Shown in pieces: positions 9,585-19,141 of a DNA stretch of 40,951 bases. Made by a program: the position numbers and the translations under genes. The stretch is from a virus (Duplodnaviria; Caudoviricetes). The stretch covers positions 1-40,951 of the IMG/VR virus record IMGVR_UViG_3300036796_000270; one strand, 5' to 3'. The notes beneath the pieces are model-generated. The model was not told the origin of the DNA. It saw nothing but the letters and a program-made list of their open reading frames with translations, and did no database searches. The first letter of the stretch is position 1. Each line of letters starts with the position of its first letter.

Positions 9585-10184
9585 CTACTGCTGATCTTCG
9601 ACATAAATTCCGGCAGAAATAATCGCTCCGCCTATCCGCCGTCGGCCATAAAGGAGCGGTACTGGGTAGCCTTGCGCCGCGGTGTTTGTTACACCACCGA
9701 ATGCGTAGGATGCGCGGTTATCTGCGCTTTGTTTGCTTGCCAGACCTGCAGGTTGAGGAGATAGCATTTGGACAACACCTCCCAGCATCATGGCTGCACC
9801 GAATTTCGCAGCCCCGTACCCCACCGCTGATAGAGTGCCACCTGAGAAATAGCCAATGGCTACCCCAACAATGACGAGCACGGCGCCAAGAATTGTCTGT
9901 AATACCCCGGCTTTTTTACTCCCGATTACAACCGGGACAATTCGAATAACTTCACCGGTTACCGGAAAAACAAAATCATCCTTTCCGATATTTTTTTTAT
10001 CTTTAAAAACGGCGTAAGTCAGGCCCCTTGCTTTGCTGGTGATCAGGAATTTCTCCAGCCCGTTTATAGTTTTTGTAAGAGAGTTGATCGCCTCAGCGGT
10101 TGTTCGTATTAATCGAAGGTGAACCTTTCCGTAGGTTTTACCCAAAACACCGCCAAGTTCAATTCGGGTCATGACCTCTGACAT
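9585..10184 (-). CDS. I: Tail assembly protein I
   Basis: IRIVPV..GSK and QGYPVPLLYG..GGAIISAG motifs. Confidence 0.93.
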   Translation of the reverse strand: MSEVMTRIELGGVLGKTYGKVHLRLIRTTAEAINSLTKTINGLEKFLITSKARGLTYAVFKDKKNIGKDDFVFPVTGEVIRIVPVVIGSKKAGVLQTILGAVLVIVGVAIGYFSGGTLSAVGYGAAKFGAAMMLGGVVQMLSPQPAGLASKQSADNRASYAFGGVTNTAAQGYPVPLLYGRRRIGGAIISAGIYVEDQQ

Positions 10185-10197
10185 TTTCTTTCTCCAT

Positions 10198-10222
10198 AAA
10201 AAAAGCCACCCGAAGGCGGCTT
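10198..10222 (-). terminator. Terminator of the lipoprotein moron (near-identical hairpin at 9543-9564)
   Basis: AAGCCACC-CGAA-GGCGGCTT with U run on minus strand. Confidence 0.7.
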
Positions 10223-10239
10223 AGCTTATTTTTAACTTT

Positions 10240-10572
10240 TCAAAGGCATGATCTGGCAGCCGTAGCCCAGTGATCGTTCCATCCTTTTGCGACGGCGTAA
10301 ACTTTAACATCGCTTCCGCCTGCTTCTGATTTATCGATATTCACCACTGAAAGGGCCCCGAAAATATCGTCTGATGCTGTTATTTTGTAACCTGACTCAG
10401 TTGGTATGCTGGAGCTTGAAGATCGAAGCTCCACCCATTTAGGGGCCAGGCATCTGTTAACCTGATCTGCACTCTTTGAAGTGTGCTCAGAAAGAATAGG
10501 CTTTTGGGATTCGAGGGAGTTTACAGAGCAGCCAGCCAAACCAATAACTAGCACCAAGAATAGCTTTTTCAT
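10240..10572 (-). CDS. Lipoprotein moron between K and I
   Basis: MKKLFLVLVIGLAGC signal peptide with lipobox, AAGGAG RBS, TGcTAACCT -10, own terminator. Confidence 0.85.
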   Translation of the reverse strand: MKKLFLVLVIGLAGCSVNSLESQKPILSEHTSKSADQVNRCLAPKWVELRSSSSSIPTESGYKITASDDIFGALSVVNIDKSEAGGSDVKVYAVAKGWNDHWATAARSCL

Positions 10573-10601
10573 TTTCATGCTCCTTTGAAATTTCGTAAAG
10601 G

Positions 10602-11312
10602 TTAGCATAGAGATCTGTGACGTAGAATCTTCATCGTCCTTTCCTGCCAGTAGCCACCATACGGCACGCGCTGGCTCAGGTGTCCGTACAGGTGGTGCAG
10701 CAACATATTGCCCTCCAGCAGGATTCCCGCGTGGTTCCACTTATCAGCCTGGACCTGCATGATCACCATATCGCCGGGTTTCGGTGGCCCGTCGAATTCA
10801 CGGAATCCACACTCATACCAGCAATCCTGGTAGAAGTTGTCCGGATAGTCGTTTTCCCACCAGGGATAATCCACCCGGTAATCGTGGAGCTCGATACCAT
10901 GCGTTTGCCGGAAATAACTCATTACCAGCCCCCAGCAGTCGAAGTGGCCAAGCACAAACGGACGCTCCAGCAGCGGCAATTCTCCGCGCGGCTGAATGGT
11001 GCGTAAATCTCCCTCCGGCCAGCTTACGATGTGCCAGGGTAAAAGCGTTGCATCGCATTGCGCTTTATCCAGTTCGCTAGGTTGCGTTGTGGCGTCCGGG
11101 TGACTGTGAGCTATGGCGATCACAGTTCCCCAGTCCTCAGCAGTTGCATAGTCTTCGGGGCAAAGGACAAAATTGTCCTCCGGCGCCGCGGCAAGATTCC
11201 GGCACGGGAAATAACGTTCAACACGGCTTTTCTGCGCCACCACGCCGCAACACTCACGAGGATATTCAGCGGCAGCATGTGCCATAATCGCATCGATGGT
11301 TTTCTGACGCAT
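10602..11312 (-). CDS. K: Tail assembly protein K (JAB plus NlpC/P60)
   Basis: PRECCG, HSHP..S..D, DCWGLV and NHAGI motifs. Confidence 0.95.
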   Translation of the reverse strand: MRQKTIDAIMAHAAAEYPRECCGVVAQKSRVERYFPCRNLAAAPEDNFVLCPEDYATAEDWGTVIAIAHSHPDATTQPSELDKAQCDATLLPWHIVSWPEGDLRTIQPRGELPLLERPFVLGHFDCWGLVMSYFRQTHGIELHDYRVDYPWWENDYPDNFYQDCWYECGFREFDGPPKPGDMVIMQVQADKWNHAGILLEGNMLLHHLYGHLSQRVPYGGYWQERTMKILRHRSLC

Positions 11313-11313
11313 A

Positions 11314-12072
11314 TCAGCTCCTGATCAAAGACGTGCCCGGGAACCCACCATGCGAAAGCTCGTTATCTTCACCGAACCGAAGTTTGCAGGCCGTCAGCGT
11401 GCCGTTGCATTCATCCAGCGACGGATCGCTTACCGGGTTGTTGTTTTTGTCGAAATAGCGCGTGCCGGCATAGTCGCAGCCGTCGCCGGTACGATATTTA
11501 TTCCGGATGCACCAGGTACACAGGGAATGAAGCTGTCGCGTCGGGATCATTTGCCCCTGCAGGTCCATCGGGCTGGACAGAACAAATTCAACGGTTTCAC
11601 CGGCAAGCTCGCCCGTTTTCCCGTCGATATACCAGACCTGCAGCTTTTCCTGAGTCGGGTCTGCTGTGGGGTTGCCGTCTGCGAAATTTCTGGCATCGAG
11701 ATATTTCTCTTTTGTGTCGTGAATAGTGACTTTCGCCTGTAGCAGATCGTCATACGCAAGACACAGGGCAGAAATGGAGCTTTCGATGTTCGCAACCGTC
11801 AGTGATGGCGTTGCATTGCTCCCACTGGTTGATTTCTCGAGACCTTCCAGCTGATACGGCCAGGCGGCGTATTCATTTCCCTGCCACCAGATTGGTTTCG
11901 CCGGAAGCCTGGACTCATCCCCACCAGCGGCGATGATTTCCGCTTCTGTGTGGGGAATGCTGTAATTGTGAAAGCGGAGAACGTCCGTTAGCCCAAATGA
12001 AGAACCGTCCACCTCAATCAGCCGAACGTCGTTTCCAGATTCAAGCTTCTGATAATCTGCGTTTAAGCTCAT
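11314..12072 (-). CDS. L: Minor tail protein L
   Basis: Cys motifs CTW..YR..C.Y and C....ACKLRF..GGFPG. Confidence 0.95.
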   Translation of the reverse strand: MSLNADYQKLESGNDVRLIEVDGSSFGLTDVLRFHNYSIPHTEAEIIAAGGDESRLPAKPIWWQGNEYAAWPYQLEGLEKSTSGSNATPSLTVANIESSISALCLAYDDLLQAKVTIHDTKEKYLDARNFADGNPTADPTQEKLQVWYIDGKTGELAGETVEFVLSSPMDLQGQMIPTRQLHSLCTWCIRNKYRTGDGCDYAGTRYFDKNNNPVSDPSLDECNGTLTACKLRFGEDNELSHGGFPGTSLIRS

Positions 12073-12407
12073 GGTTTAAATGCCTGTAAGAAAGTGGCCG
12101 TCAGCGCGAAATTTCCGGCCCCCATTGGAGTGGGTTTGTACTGCTCACAACGATAAAGTCCCAGCGGTTCCAGTGGTGGCTTCCACTGGAATGCCCTGTA
12201 GCCTTCATGACGGTCCAGAAAAGCTTTGATCTCTTGGATATAGGAATCTGTGCCAACAAAGTTTAGATCCCATTCCTGCGACCTCGTGTTTATCCCATCC
12301 CCTGACGCCTGAATATAACCGTCGCCAAATTGGGCTTTTCTGACGCGCATAGAGACGGTCTGGGTGGGGTTTACTCGGGGGCTCCAGGTAAAAGTTTCCA
12401 GCGCCAT
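12069..12407 (-). CDS. M: Distal tail protein M
   Basis: ETFTW, FGDGY.Q..GIN, FL.RH.G..AFQW motifs. Confidence 0.95.
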   Translation of the reverse strand: MALETFTWSPRVNPTQTVSMRVRKAQFGDGYIQASGDGINTRSQEWDLNFVGTDSYIQEIKAFLDRHEGYRAFQWKPPLEPLGLYRCEQYKPTPMGAGNFALTATFLQAFKP

Positions 12408-15379
12408 TATCGGCTCCCTTTAGTGCTATTCCAGATGGCTCCGCCGGGGCGGAGATCGGCCTGTATCAGTTTGCGATATTGCTGAGTGACATAATTACCA
12501 ATCTCTTTGCCAAACTGCTCGTAACCGGCGGAGGATTGAGAATTGCTGTTCCCGTTACCCTCAATAGTTATATACACAACAGGTGCAGCGGCCGCCTGTT
12601 GTCCACCACCACCGACAGCACGCACACCAAGAGAACCATCAGAAGAACGGGTCAACGGCATGATTGCTTCGGGTCCCGCCTCACCGAATACTCCAGCTCC
12701 CTTAGCAAATGCAAAAACCTGTGGGGAGTTGTATACGCCACCACTGTAAGCGCTCAAAGATGGAGAATCGTATACACCGCCTTTAGCGTTGAATTTCACA
12801 TTCGCTGCAGCATTGCTGTATGCACCAGAAGGAGTGCTACCGGCTGAAGCACCGCCAGTAAAAGCAGAGCCAGCTGCACCAAAAATGCTCTCAAGCGCGC
12901 TGGAAAGAGCAATGCGAGTGGCTATTTTCGCCAGGTCAGAAAGTACGGATGTTGTAAAATCCCGGAAGCTTAATTTCCCGCTTGTGGCGAACGTGGCCAG
13001 GGAGTCGGTCATGCCATCAAACAGCCCTGTCGCGAAGGTCGCCAACTGACTATTTGCATCACGAGCGCTATCAACCCAGTTGAGCGTGCCGCGCCTGAAC
13101 CCTGCAGAATAGTCGCGCTCTGCGGCCAGCTTGGCATCGTTGCTCTGCTGAACAATCTCTAATTCCTGTTGCTTTGCTGATTCCAGATCGGACAGCCGCG
13201 CCTGAAACTCAGCAGATGTCTGGTCAGTAAAATCTTTCTCAAGAGCAATTCGGCGCTGGTTAAAACGGTTCTCAATAGCGATACGTGCCTGAGTGTTTGC
13301 GGACTCCCTGTCGGATTGTGAATAGGCTTGCAGGCTCTGCGTGGCTTCACGCCTCATTGCCGCCACTTCTTCCTCCCACTTTTTACTCTCCTGCTGGTAT
13401 TTCAGTGAGGTTTTACGAAGTGCAGCTTCTTTCTCAAGTTCGACGTTTGACTGCAACTGAGAGCGAATCTGATCCTGCATGCTGACAAGGCTTTGTTGTG
13501 CTTTTGTCAATTGCTGACCTTTCAATCCGGCGATTTTTTCATTGAAGGCCACCAGCTGCTGGGCTGACTGGGTCAATCCTTCGGTGGTAGACGCCTCTTC
13601 TCTCAGGACAGCATTTCTTTGTTGAGCCTGCTCAAGCAGCCTCTGACCTTCGGTCTGTTGGCCTGATTCCGTTTTCTTTGGATGCTCTTTTTTACTGGCT
13701 CTGTCGAACTCATCATTTATCCCTTTAAGAATCCGTTGATATTCCTGAGAGTCAGTGCTGTAGATACTGTTATTGAGTTTTTTGATGGCCTCGGCGCGCT
13801 TCTCTGCAGCGGTGGTACCGGCATCAAGATAACTTTTCAGACCCGCGCTGTTTTTAATCCGCTCATTCTGAGCTGCGGCGGTTGCAGCAGCGATATCAGA
13901 GGCCAGCTGGCTCGCCATATTCCCCAGCCGTTTATTTACCTCCTGGGTTTTATCGATCGCACCACCAAGGGCAATAACAGCCTGCTCTCCTGCTGTACCC
14001 CACGTATTGCCGAGGTTTTTCACCGTTTCTGAGGTTTTGTCTACCTCAATACCTAACTCTGAAAGCCTCCCCTTTTCAGCCTGAATCGCGGTATCAATCA
14101 GCAACTGGCTGGCCTGGGCTGCCTCGCCTCGCTGATTAAGCGCCAGTACCTGGCTAATTATTGAATCACTCAGCGCAACGCCTGATGATGTGAGCTTTTG
14201 CATCGCAGCGACCGGATCGCCCCGCAGGGATGCAAGATGGGTCACCAGGTCCTGTGCATTACCGCCTGCCTGCGCATAGGCATTCGCCAGGGTGGCAACG
14301 TCGGTCAACAGCTGACCGCTAAAGCCCGCTTTGGCTGTTGCCGTCACCGCATCAACAGAGGTCTCCGTACCGCCGAGCTCTGCATTTAGCCGTTTCAGCT
14401 CACCAGCGGAGATCAGCGCTGACGTTTTCAGATCGAGAATGGCGGAGTTTAGCTTTTTGGTTTGCTCTTCACCCTTTTTGAACTCGCTGTAAAGCAGTGT
14501 TCCACCTGCTGCAAGCACCGTCAGGCCGATCCCGACTGGCCCGCCCAACAGGCTCAGTGCTGAGCTAAGTGCGCGGCTGCTCGTCGCTGCAATTCGTTGA
14601 GAGATTGACAGCTGAGTATTCGCAGCGGCAGCTGCCTCAGTCGACGCAACAAGTGCTGCTTTGCCGCCATTTTCCGCCAGCTCGGCCGCCGTCACCGCTG
14701 CCTTTGCGGTTTTCAGTTTTTCGAGCGCACCGGCTTCCAGTCGGTTAGCCTCAATGATGGCGCGCTCATTTTTAAGGTGCTGGTCCTGGTAGCTGACGTT
14801 CAGCCCATATTGTTTATTAACCGCCGCCTGTTTTGCGTAATACTCGTCAAGCGCAATAGCCTGCTCGCGCTGCGCCTGCGCGGCAGCAATGGTTTTCTCA
14901 GCAATGGCAACCTTGCCGAGCGCCGCCTGCTTTTCTGCCTGAGCAGCTGCGATCTGGTTTTGAGCAGCATCGGCCAGCTCTGCTGCCGCTTTGCGGGCCG
15001 CATCCTGCTGCGCCTTCCAGCCACCAGCGCTGCTATCCAGTTCGCCTTTGAGAGAGTGCACAGCCGGGATCAAAGCGTTAATTATGCTGCTGCTGGCAAC
15101 GTTGCTCCCTGCGGCCACCTCATGCAGGACGTAATTCAGTTGCCCGGCGCCACGCGTAACCCCGGTAAACTGATCGGAGTTTGCGGCAGGAAACCCGATA
15201 CCCTTCGCCGCGGCTACCGTTCGCGCGATGGCTTTTTCAAGCTCGCCAGCCTGCGTCGTCGCCTGGTTATTGAATTTCTTGCTGGCCTGCCCTGCTTTTT
15301 CGTATGCGTCAGTGATCTGCGACTTGAAAGCCGCTGAATTCAGGTGCAGGGCAACCGACAGGCTTGCAACATCACTCAT
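12407..15379 (-). CDS. H: Tape measure protein
   Basis: 990 aa Ala-rich helical protein with C-terminal NAKGGV..GEAGPEAIMPL. Confidence 0.95.
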   Translation of the reverse strand: MSDVASLSVALHLNSAAFKSQITDAYEKAGQASKKFNNQATTQAGELEKAIARTVAAAKGIGFPAANSDQFTGVTRGAGQLNYVLHEVAAGSNVASSSIINALIPAVHSLKGELDSSAGGWKAQQDAARKAAAELADAAQNQIAAAQAEKQAALGKVAIAEKTIAAAQAQREQAIALDEYYAKQAAVNKQYGLNVSYQDQHLKNERAIIEANRLEAGALEKLKTAKAAVTAAELAENGGKAALVASTEAAAAANTQLSISQRIAATSSRALSSALSLLGGPVGIGLTVLAAGGTLLYSEFKKGEEQTKKLNSAILDLKTSALISAGELKRLNAELGGTETSVDAVTATAKAGFSGQLLTDVATLANAYAQAGGNAQDLVTHLASLRGDPVAAMQKLTSSGVALSDSIISQVLALNQRGEAAQASQLLIDTAIQAEKGRLSELGIEVDKTSETVKNLGNTWGTAGEQAVIALGGAIDKTQEVNKRLGNMASQLASDIAAATAAAQNERIKNSAGLKSYLDAGTTAAEKRAEAIKKLNNSIYSTDSQEYQRILKGINDEFDRASKKEHPKKTESGQQTEGQRLLEQAQQRNAVLREEASTTEGLTQSAQQLVAFNEKIAGLKGQQLTKAQQSLVSMQDQIRSQLQSNVELEKEAALRKTSLKYQQESKKWEEEVAAMRREATQSLQAYSQSDRESANTQARIAIENRFNQRRIALEKDFTDQTSAEFQARLSDLESAKQQELEIVQQSNDAKLAAERDYSAGFRRGTLNWVDSARDANSQLATFATGLFDGMTDSLATFATSGKLSFRDFTTSVLSDLAKIATRIALSSALESIFGAAGSAFTGGASAGSTPSGAYSNAAANVKFNAKGGVYDSPSLSAYSGGVYNSPQVFAFAKGAGVFGEAGPEAIMPLTRSSDGSLGVRAVGGGGQQAAAAPVVYITIEGNGNSNSQSSAGYEQFGKEIGNYVTQQYRKLIQADLRPGGAIWNSTKGSR

Positions 15380-15615
15380 TGTCCAAGGATCCTCATAACG
15401 TCGGCGCACTGACTGGCCTGATCAGTGGCGGGTTGAATTGTGGTTACCGGGGCTGGCAGCTCCGGCTGCGTGTATTCCTCGGCGTGGCCGGTGAGAGACA
15501 GCCAGGCCTGCCAGTGGAGCAGGATATCTGCAGGAAGGCTGGCAATTTTTCGAGGGTCCGGCTCCCCGAGGCGATCGGCAAGGGTGTACATAGCCATCAG
15601 CCAGGGGGAGTCCAT
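15376..15615 (-). CDS. Tail assembly chaperone T segment (-1 frameshift product G-T)
   Basis: In the -1 frame relative to G, directly upstream of tape measure. Confidence 0.8.
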   Translation of the reverse strand: MDSPWLMAMYTLADRLGEPDPRKIASLPADILLHWQAWLSLTGHAEEYTQPELPAPVTTIQPATDQASQCADVMRILGQ

Positions 15616-15962
15616 CAGTTTTTTTTCGCTTCCTCCAGCGAGCCCCAGCTATGGCGCTGGATGGTCTGCAGGGCATCAATAAGGGATGCATTAGAGCGCG
15701 CTTTAAGCAGCTCATCGGGCGCCGGAAGGTTTTCTGCCGGAATAGGGTTGCCGTTCTCATCCACCATCGCGCTGAGGATGAATGACGCGGTGGACATTGC
15801 CATACCCAGAGAGTTGTTTTCCGCGCGCAGCTGCGCCTGTTTCTCGTCATATTCCTCCAGCTCGAAGGCTGTCAGACGTCGGATAAAGACATCGGCACCG
15901 AGGATAGTTACGTTGTGCTGGTTTTTCTCCGGGGCAAGCAGGCTGGATTTAAGATCGTCCAT
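15615..15962 (-). CDS. Tail assembly chaperone G
   Basis: Between tail tube and tape measure, ends EEAKKN. Confidence 0.88.
   Translation of the reverse strand: MDDLKSSLLAPEKNQHNVTILGADVFIRRLTAFELEEYDEKQAQLRAENNSLGMAMSTASFILSAMVDENGNPIPAENLPAPDELLKARSNASLIDALQTIQRHSWGSLEEAKKN
15618..15627 (-). other. Programmed -1 frameshift slippery site
   Basis: G AAA AAA AAC immediately before the G stop codon; a -1 shift enters the T ORF. Confidence 0.8.
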
Positions 15963-16035
15963 CAAAATTCTCCATTAAAAAGGCCGCAGTGCAGCGGCCG
16001 TAAAAGGTGGTTTGCGTAATGTCGTCTGTTGGTGC

Positions 16036-16491
16036 TTAGCTACCCGGCGTGTTGTAGCCCCAGGTGATGTTGTTCTGCTTGCCGTTAACCGTAACCTGAA
16101 TTACTTCGCTGGCCGGGGCGGTGATTTCATTCAACTGCCAGCCGGAGAGCGCCATAATCATCGTCGCGGTACGACCGTTCGGCAGCTCAATATAAAACTG
16201 GACTGTTTCGCGCTGCTCAGCAGCATTCAGGAAATCGGTAAAGCTGGTATTGGATGGGTCATCGACGAACCCAAGGGATTTTTCCGGCCCTTCAGCCATA
16301 TCTGAAAGGAACTGCTTCTGAGTGTCGATCAGCGTGGTGCAGTCGACAAAGGAACCGGTAGCACCAGTAGCGCCAAGTGCCTTACAGTTAACCAAGGGCA
16401 GGAAATCAGCAACTGCCTCTCCTGATTTTCCCCATTTAACTACGGTTCCCGCGGGAAGCATCGCGTATTCCGGTGAGCTTTTATCAGCCAT
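16036..16491 (-). CDS. Major tail tube protein
   Basis: Position and VDCTTL, IELPNGRTA motifs; ends TPGS. Confidence 0.9.
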   Translation of the reverse strand: MADKSSPEYAMLPAGTVVKWGKSGEAVADFLPLVNCKALGATGATGSFVDCTTLIDTQKQFLSDMAEGPEKSLGFVDDPSNTSFTDFLNAAEQRETVQFYIELPNGRTATMIMALSGWQLNEITAPASEVIQVTVNGKQNNITWGYNTPGS

Positions 16492-16504
16492 TTTCTATCC
16501 TCAT

Positions 16505-16915
16505 TTAGCGGTTATTTTCGATCCCCTCACGGATACGGACCGAGAGAACACGCAATATTTTTGCGCGGTTGTAATCGAGCGCCGGGCGCATGAAGGGATT
16601 GGCAACCTGTTTAACGGTGCCAAACTCCTGCGCCAGTGCTTTCATGGTGTGTTCTTTTGACGGGCCGACACGGATAGTCACAACTGTCTTCCACCGTGCA
16701 TCATTCATGCGGTTCCTGTAGGTTGCCTTGATGCTGTCGCGCATGTGGGGGCCAGGGCTGCTTTCGTCGTAGCCCGCATGCTGCTGCATGTCCTCGCTGA
16801 CGATTTCCATTGCCTCCTTGCCTGCCTGGCCGAGCACTTTAACGGCTATTTTTTCCCCCATAGCTTCGAGCTGGCGCTCCAGCTCCTGCAGACCTTTAAC
16901 TTCCATTCGGATCAT
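16505..16915 (-). CDS. HK97 gp10-family tail component
   Basis: V.GL.EL.RQL and EFGT....PFMRPA motifs. Confidence 0.9.
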   Translation of the reverse strand: MIRMEVKGLQELERQLEAMGEKIAVKVLGQAGKEAMEIVSEDMQQHAGYDESSPGPHMRDSIKATYRNRMNDARWKTVVTIRVGPSKEHTMKALAQEFGTVKQVANPFMRPALDYNRAKILRVLSVRIREGIENNR

Positions 16916-17289
16916 GTTGCATCCTCCGGACAGTAAAAGATGTAATCACGCGCCCGCCGGTATTTACCGCCGTCATCTGGTTCAAAGCTCTCCCGGACTC
17001 CCTGCCTTTCTACGTACTGGACGGGATAACCACCAATATGACCGTGCTGTATAGTTTCCCAGACAGCCCACAGGCTTTTATCCATTTCCTCTGTCCTGCT
17101 GTAGAGGGAAGATACAAAAGCTATCTGGTAGCGAGCCGCCACAATTTTCGTGCGAATGGTGCCGGTGACAAGCCGCGGATCGCTTATAAGCTGCAGCGTC
17201 ACAAATTCGCTTTCCGTTTGCGGGCCGATCAGTGGATACACATTCACGCCAAGAAGTGCTTCTACCGCGCTTTTTATTTCAGGGAACAC
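16912..17289 (-). CDS. Tail terminator / completion protein (DUF3168-like)
   Basis: VYPL motif, RYQI; GTG start overlaps the upstream gene end. Confidence 0.75.
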   Translation of the reverse strand: MFPEIKSAVEALLGVNVYPLIGPQTESEFVTLQLISDPRLVTGTIRTKIVAARYQIAFVSSLYSRTEEMDKSLWAVWETIQHGHIGGYPVQYVERQGVRESFEPDDGGKYRRARDYIFYCPEDAT

Positions 17290-17620
17290 GAGTGAAATCC
17301 TCCATACACAGGACTTCAATATTGCGTCTGTCGCGCGTGGGCAGCGGTGCAGTCACAGTAAAAACGCGTGCATCTCCCTTATTTGTTACCTCAATAAAGC
17401 GAGTAACCGTTGCCCGAATATCATCCCGATATCGCATGTAAATTTTCGTGGTAACGTTGGAGCGTTCGGCGCTGCCACTAATAAAATCCCGCCCGGTAAC
17501 GGCGCGGATATCTGCCGCGACAATGCCCTTACTCTTCCAGCCAATCAACTGACCGAAATTGTCACGGTCGTCAGTCTTTACTTCTATCCGGACACGGTGC
17601 CGGAGTCGGCCAGGTTCCAT
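17279..17620 (-). CDS. Head closure / head-tail adaptor (SPP1 gp16-like)
   Basis: GRLRHRVRI, D.FG and IYMRYR motifs. Confidence 0.9.
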   Translation of the reverse strand: MEPGRLRHRVRIEVKTDDRDNFGQLIGWKSKGIVAADIRAVTGRDFISGSAERSNVTTKIYMRYRDDIRATVTRFIEVTNKGDARVFTVTAPLPTRDRRNIEVLCMEDFTRVP

Positions 17621-17946
17621 CAGGAGCCCTCCCCCTGTTCAGCCTCACCTCGCCAGTTACGACAGGCAAACATCAGATTTTCTGCCGCCACATTTGAATA
17701 AAGCTGCACTTCTGTCTGACTGGTTCGGTGCTCAAACAGGTCGCCAAAAATAAGTAACATTGCCGAGACCACCGGGGCTGGAATATCTTCGGCCACTTTC
17801 CAGCGAGGTTCATCGCACCAACGCAGGCAGTATTCAAGCGCGGACTGTGCATAACGCTTGATCATGGAATCCCGATCATCGGTATCCATTTCCACATGCT
17901 GGCGCAGCTCTTCAATCGGAACGACATCAAGCACATTTATCGTCAT
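17620..17946 (-). CDS. Head-tail connector (HK97 gp6-like)
   Basis: DDRD..I..Y, AMLL..GDLFEHR; ends EGS. Confidence 0.92.
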   Translation of the reverse strand: MTINVLDVVPIEELRQHVEMDTDDRDSMIKRYAQSALEYCLRWCDEPRWKVAEDIPAPVVSAMLLIFGDLFEHRTSQTEVQLYSNVAAENLMFACRNWRGEAEQGEGS

Positions 17947-17977
17947 TAATTAAGGGCGGGCTTCCCCGCCCCCTCCA

Positions 17978-19138
17978 TCAGCTGCCGGATTCGTCGAAGG
18001 AACCCTTGATAAGTGCCGCCGGACGATAGTGCGCCAGCGCCAGGCGCTCTTCGCACAGGATGGTGAGCATGTTTTTGACAAAGTTGTCGCGGTCTTCGCG
18101 GCTTACTTCGATGGTTGCATCCATGCGATCCCAGACCTGCGATGCCATATCGAAACCACCAACTGTGAAAGTGCCCTGCGCCTGGGCGCGAGTTGGCACA
18201 ACTGGCAGCCCCCACATGATGTTGCTGGTGAAAGCCTGTGGGCCACCGAAAAGATAACGGCCTTCGTTGTCTTTCAGCAGCGCGATGTTATGCCAGTCGC
18301 GGGGGTTGAGAATGATGCCTGACGCGCTGAACTCGGACTCAGTTACCTGGAAAATCGCATGCGCGATAATATCGGCGCGCGTATCACCAGAAACGTTCAG
18401 GGCGGTATCATAGGCAGTTGCCACATGGTTGATACCTTCCAGGTCATCACCACTACCATCACCATTCAGCAGCTGTCGTTCTTCCTCAAGTGCCAGACCG
18501 TAAAGCAGGCGATTATTTACGTAGGACTGGAGCATCGGCGCATCATCCATCACCTGGCGGGATGCCTGGATCCAGTGGGCGATGGTTTTAACGTTCGCTG
18601 TCTGTTTGCTGAATTTAATATCTGATTCAGGCTTAAGGGCCTTTTCCGCAACGCTGGCCGCATTGTTGGTGAACACATCTTCGCGAACATATTCAAGAGA
18701 GTTGCTGGAGATTCGCCCCTGTGCCAGAAGATCACGGATGGTCAGTCGGCGAAGCCCTGGCATAATGATGCCTGGCACCTGCATCGGCTGGATGAGTGCG
18801 CCAGCCGAACCAGCATCACTACCAAGAGATTTATTGAAGGTTTTCGCTTCAAAACTGGACTTGCTGCCGTTCCAGGATTTAGTGAGCTCTTCAGCAGCAC
18901 GCTCAGAGAACGATTTTTTCTCTCCCGGGTTATCCGGTCCGGATGAAAGACGCTGTTCAAGATCAAACAGACGCTGACCGGTTTTGGTCATTTCTTCATT
19001 AACCTTTGCCATGTCATCCTGCAGCTGTTTTGACACGGTACCGTTCTGTTCGATCTGTTTTCGCTGCTCATCAAAGAGCCCCTGCAGCTTGGACTGTGAC
19101 TCTTCGAGGGCTTTCTGAATTTGTGCGAGTTCTGACAT
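17978..19138 (-). CDS. Major capsid protein, HK97 type
   Basis: N-terminal coiled-coil delta domain, KSLGSDA cleavage region, EKALKPES, EERLALAHYRP; ends SGS. Confidence 0.97.
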   Translation of the reverse strand: MSELAQIQKALEESQSKLQGLFDEQRKQIEQNGTVSKQLQDDMAKVNEEMTKTGQRLFDLEQRLSSGPDNPGEKKSFSERAAEELTKSWNGSKSSFEAKTFNKSLGSDAGSAGALIQPMQVPGIIMPGLRRLTIRDLLAQGRISSNSLEYVREDVFTNNAASVAEKALKPESDIKFSKQTANVKTIAHWIQASRQVMDDAPMLQSYVNNRLLYGLALEEERQLLNGDGSGDDLEGINHVATAYDTALNVSGDTRADIIAHAIFQVTESEFSASGIILNPRDWHNIALLKDNEGRYLFGGPQAFTSNIMWGLPVVPTRAQAQGTFTVGGFDMASQVWDRMDATIEVSREDRDNFVKNMLTILCEERLALAHYRPAALIKGSFDESGS

Positions 19139-19141
19139 ATT

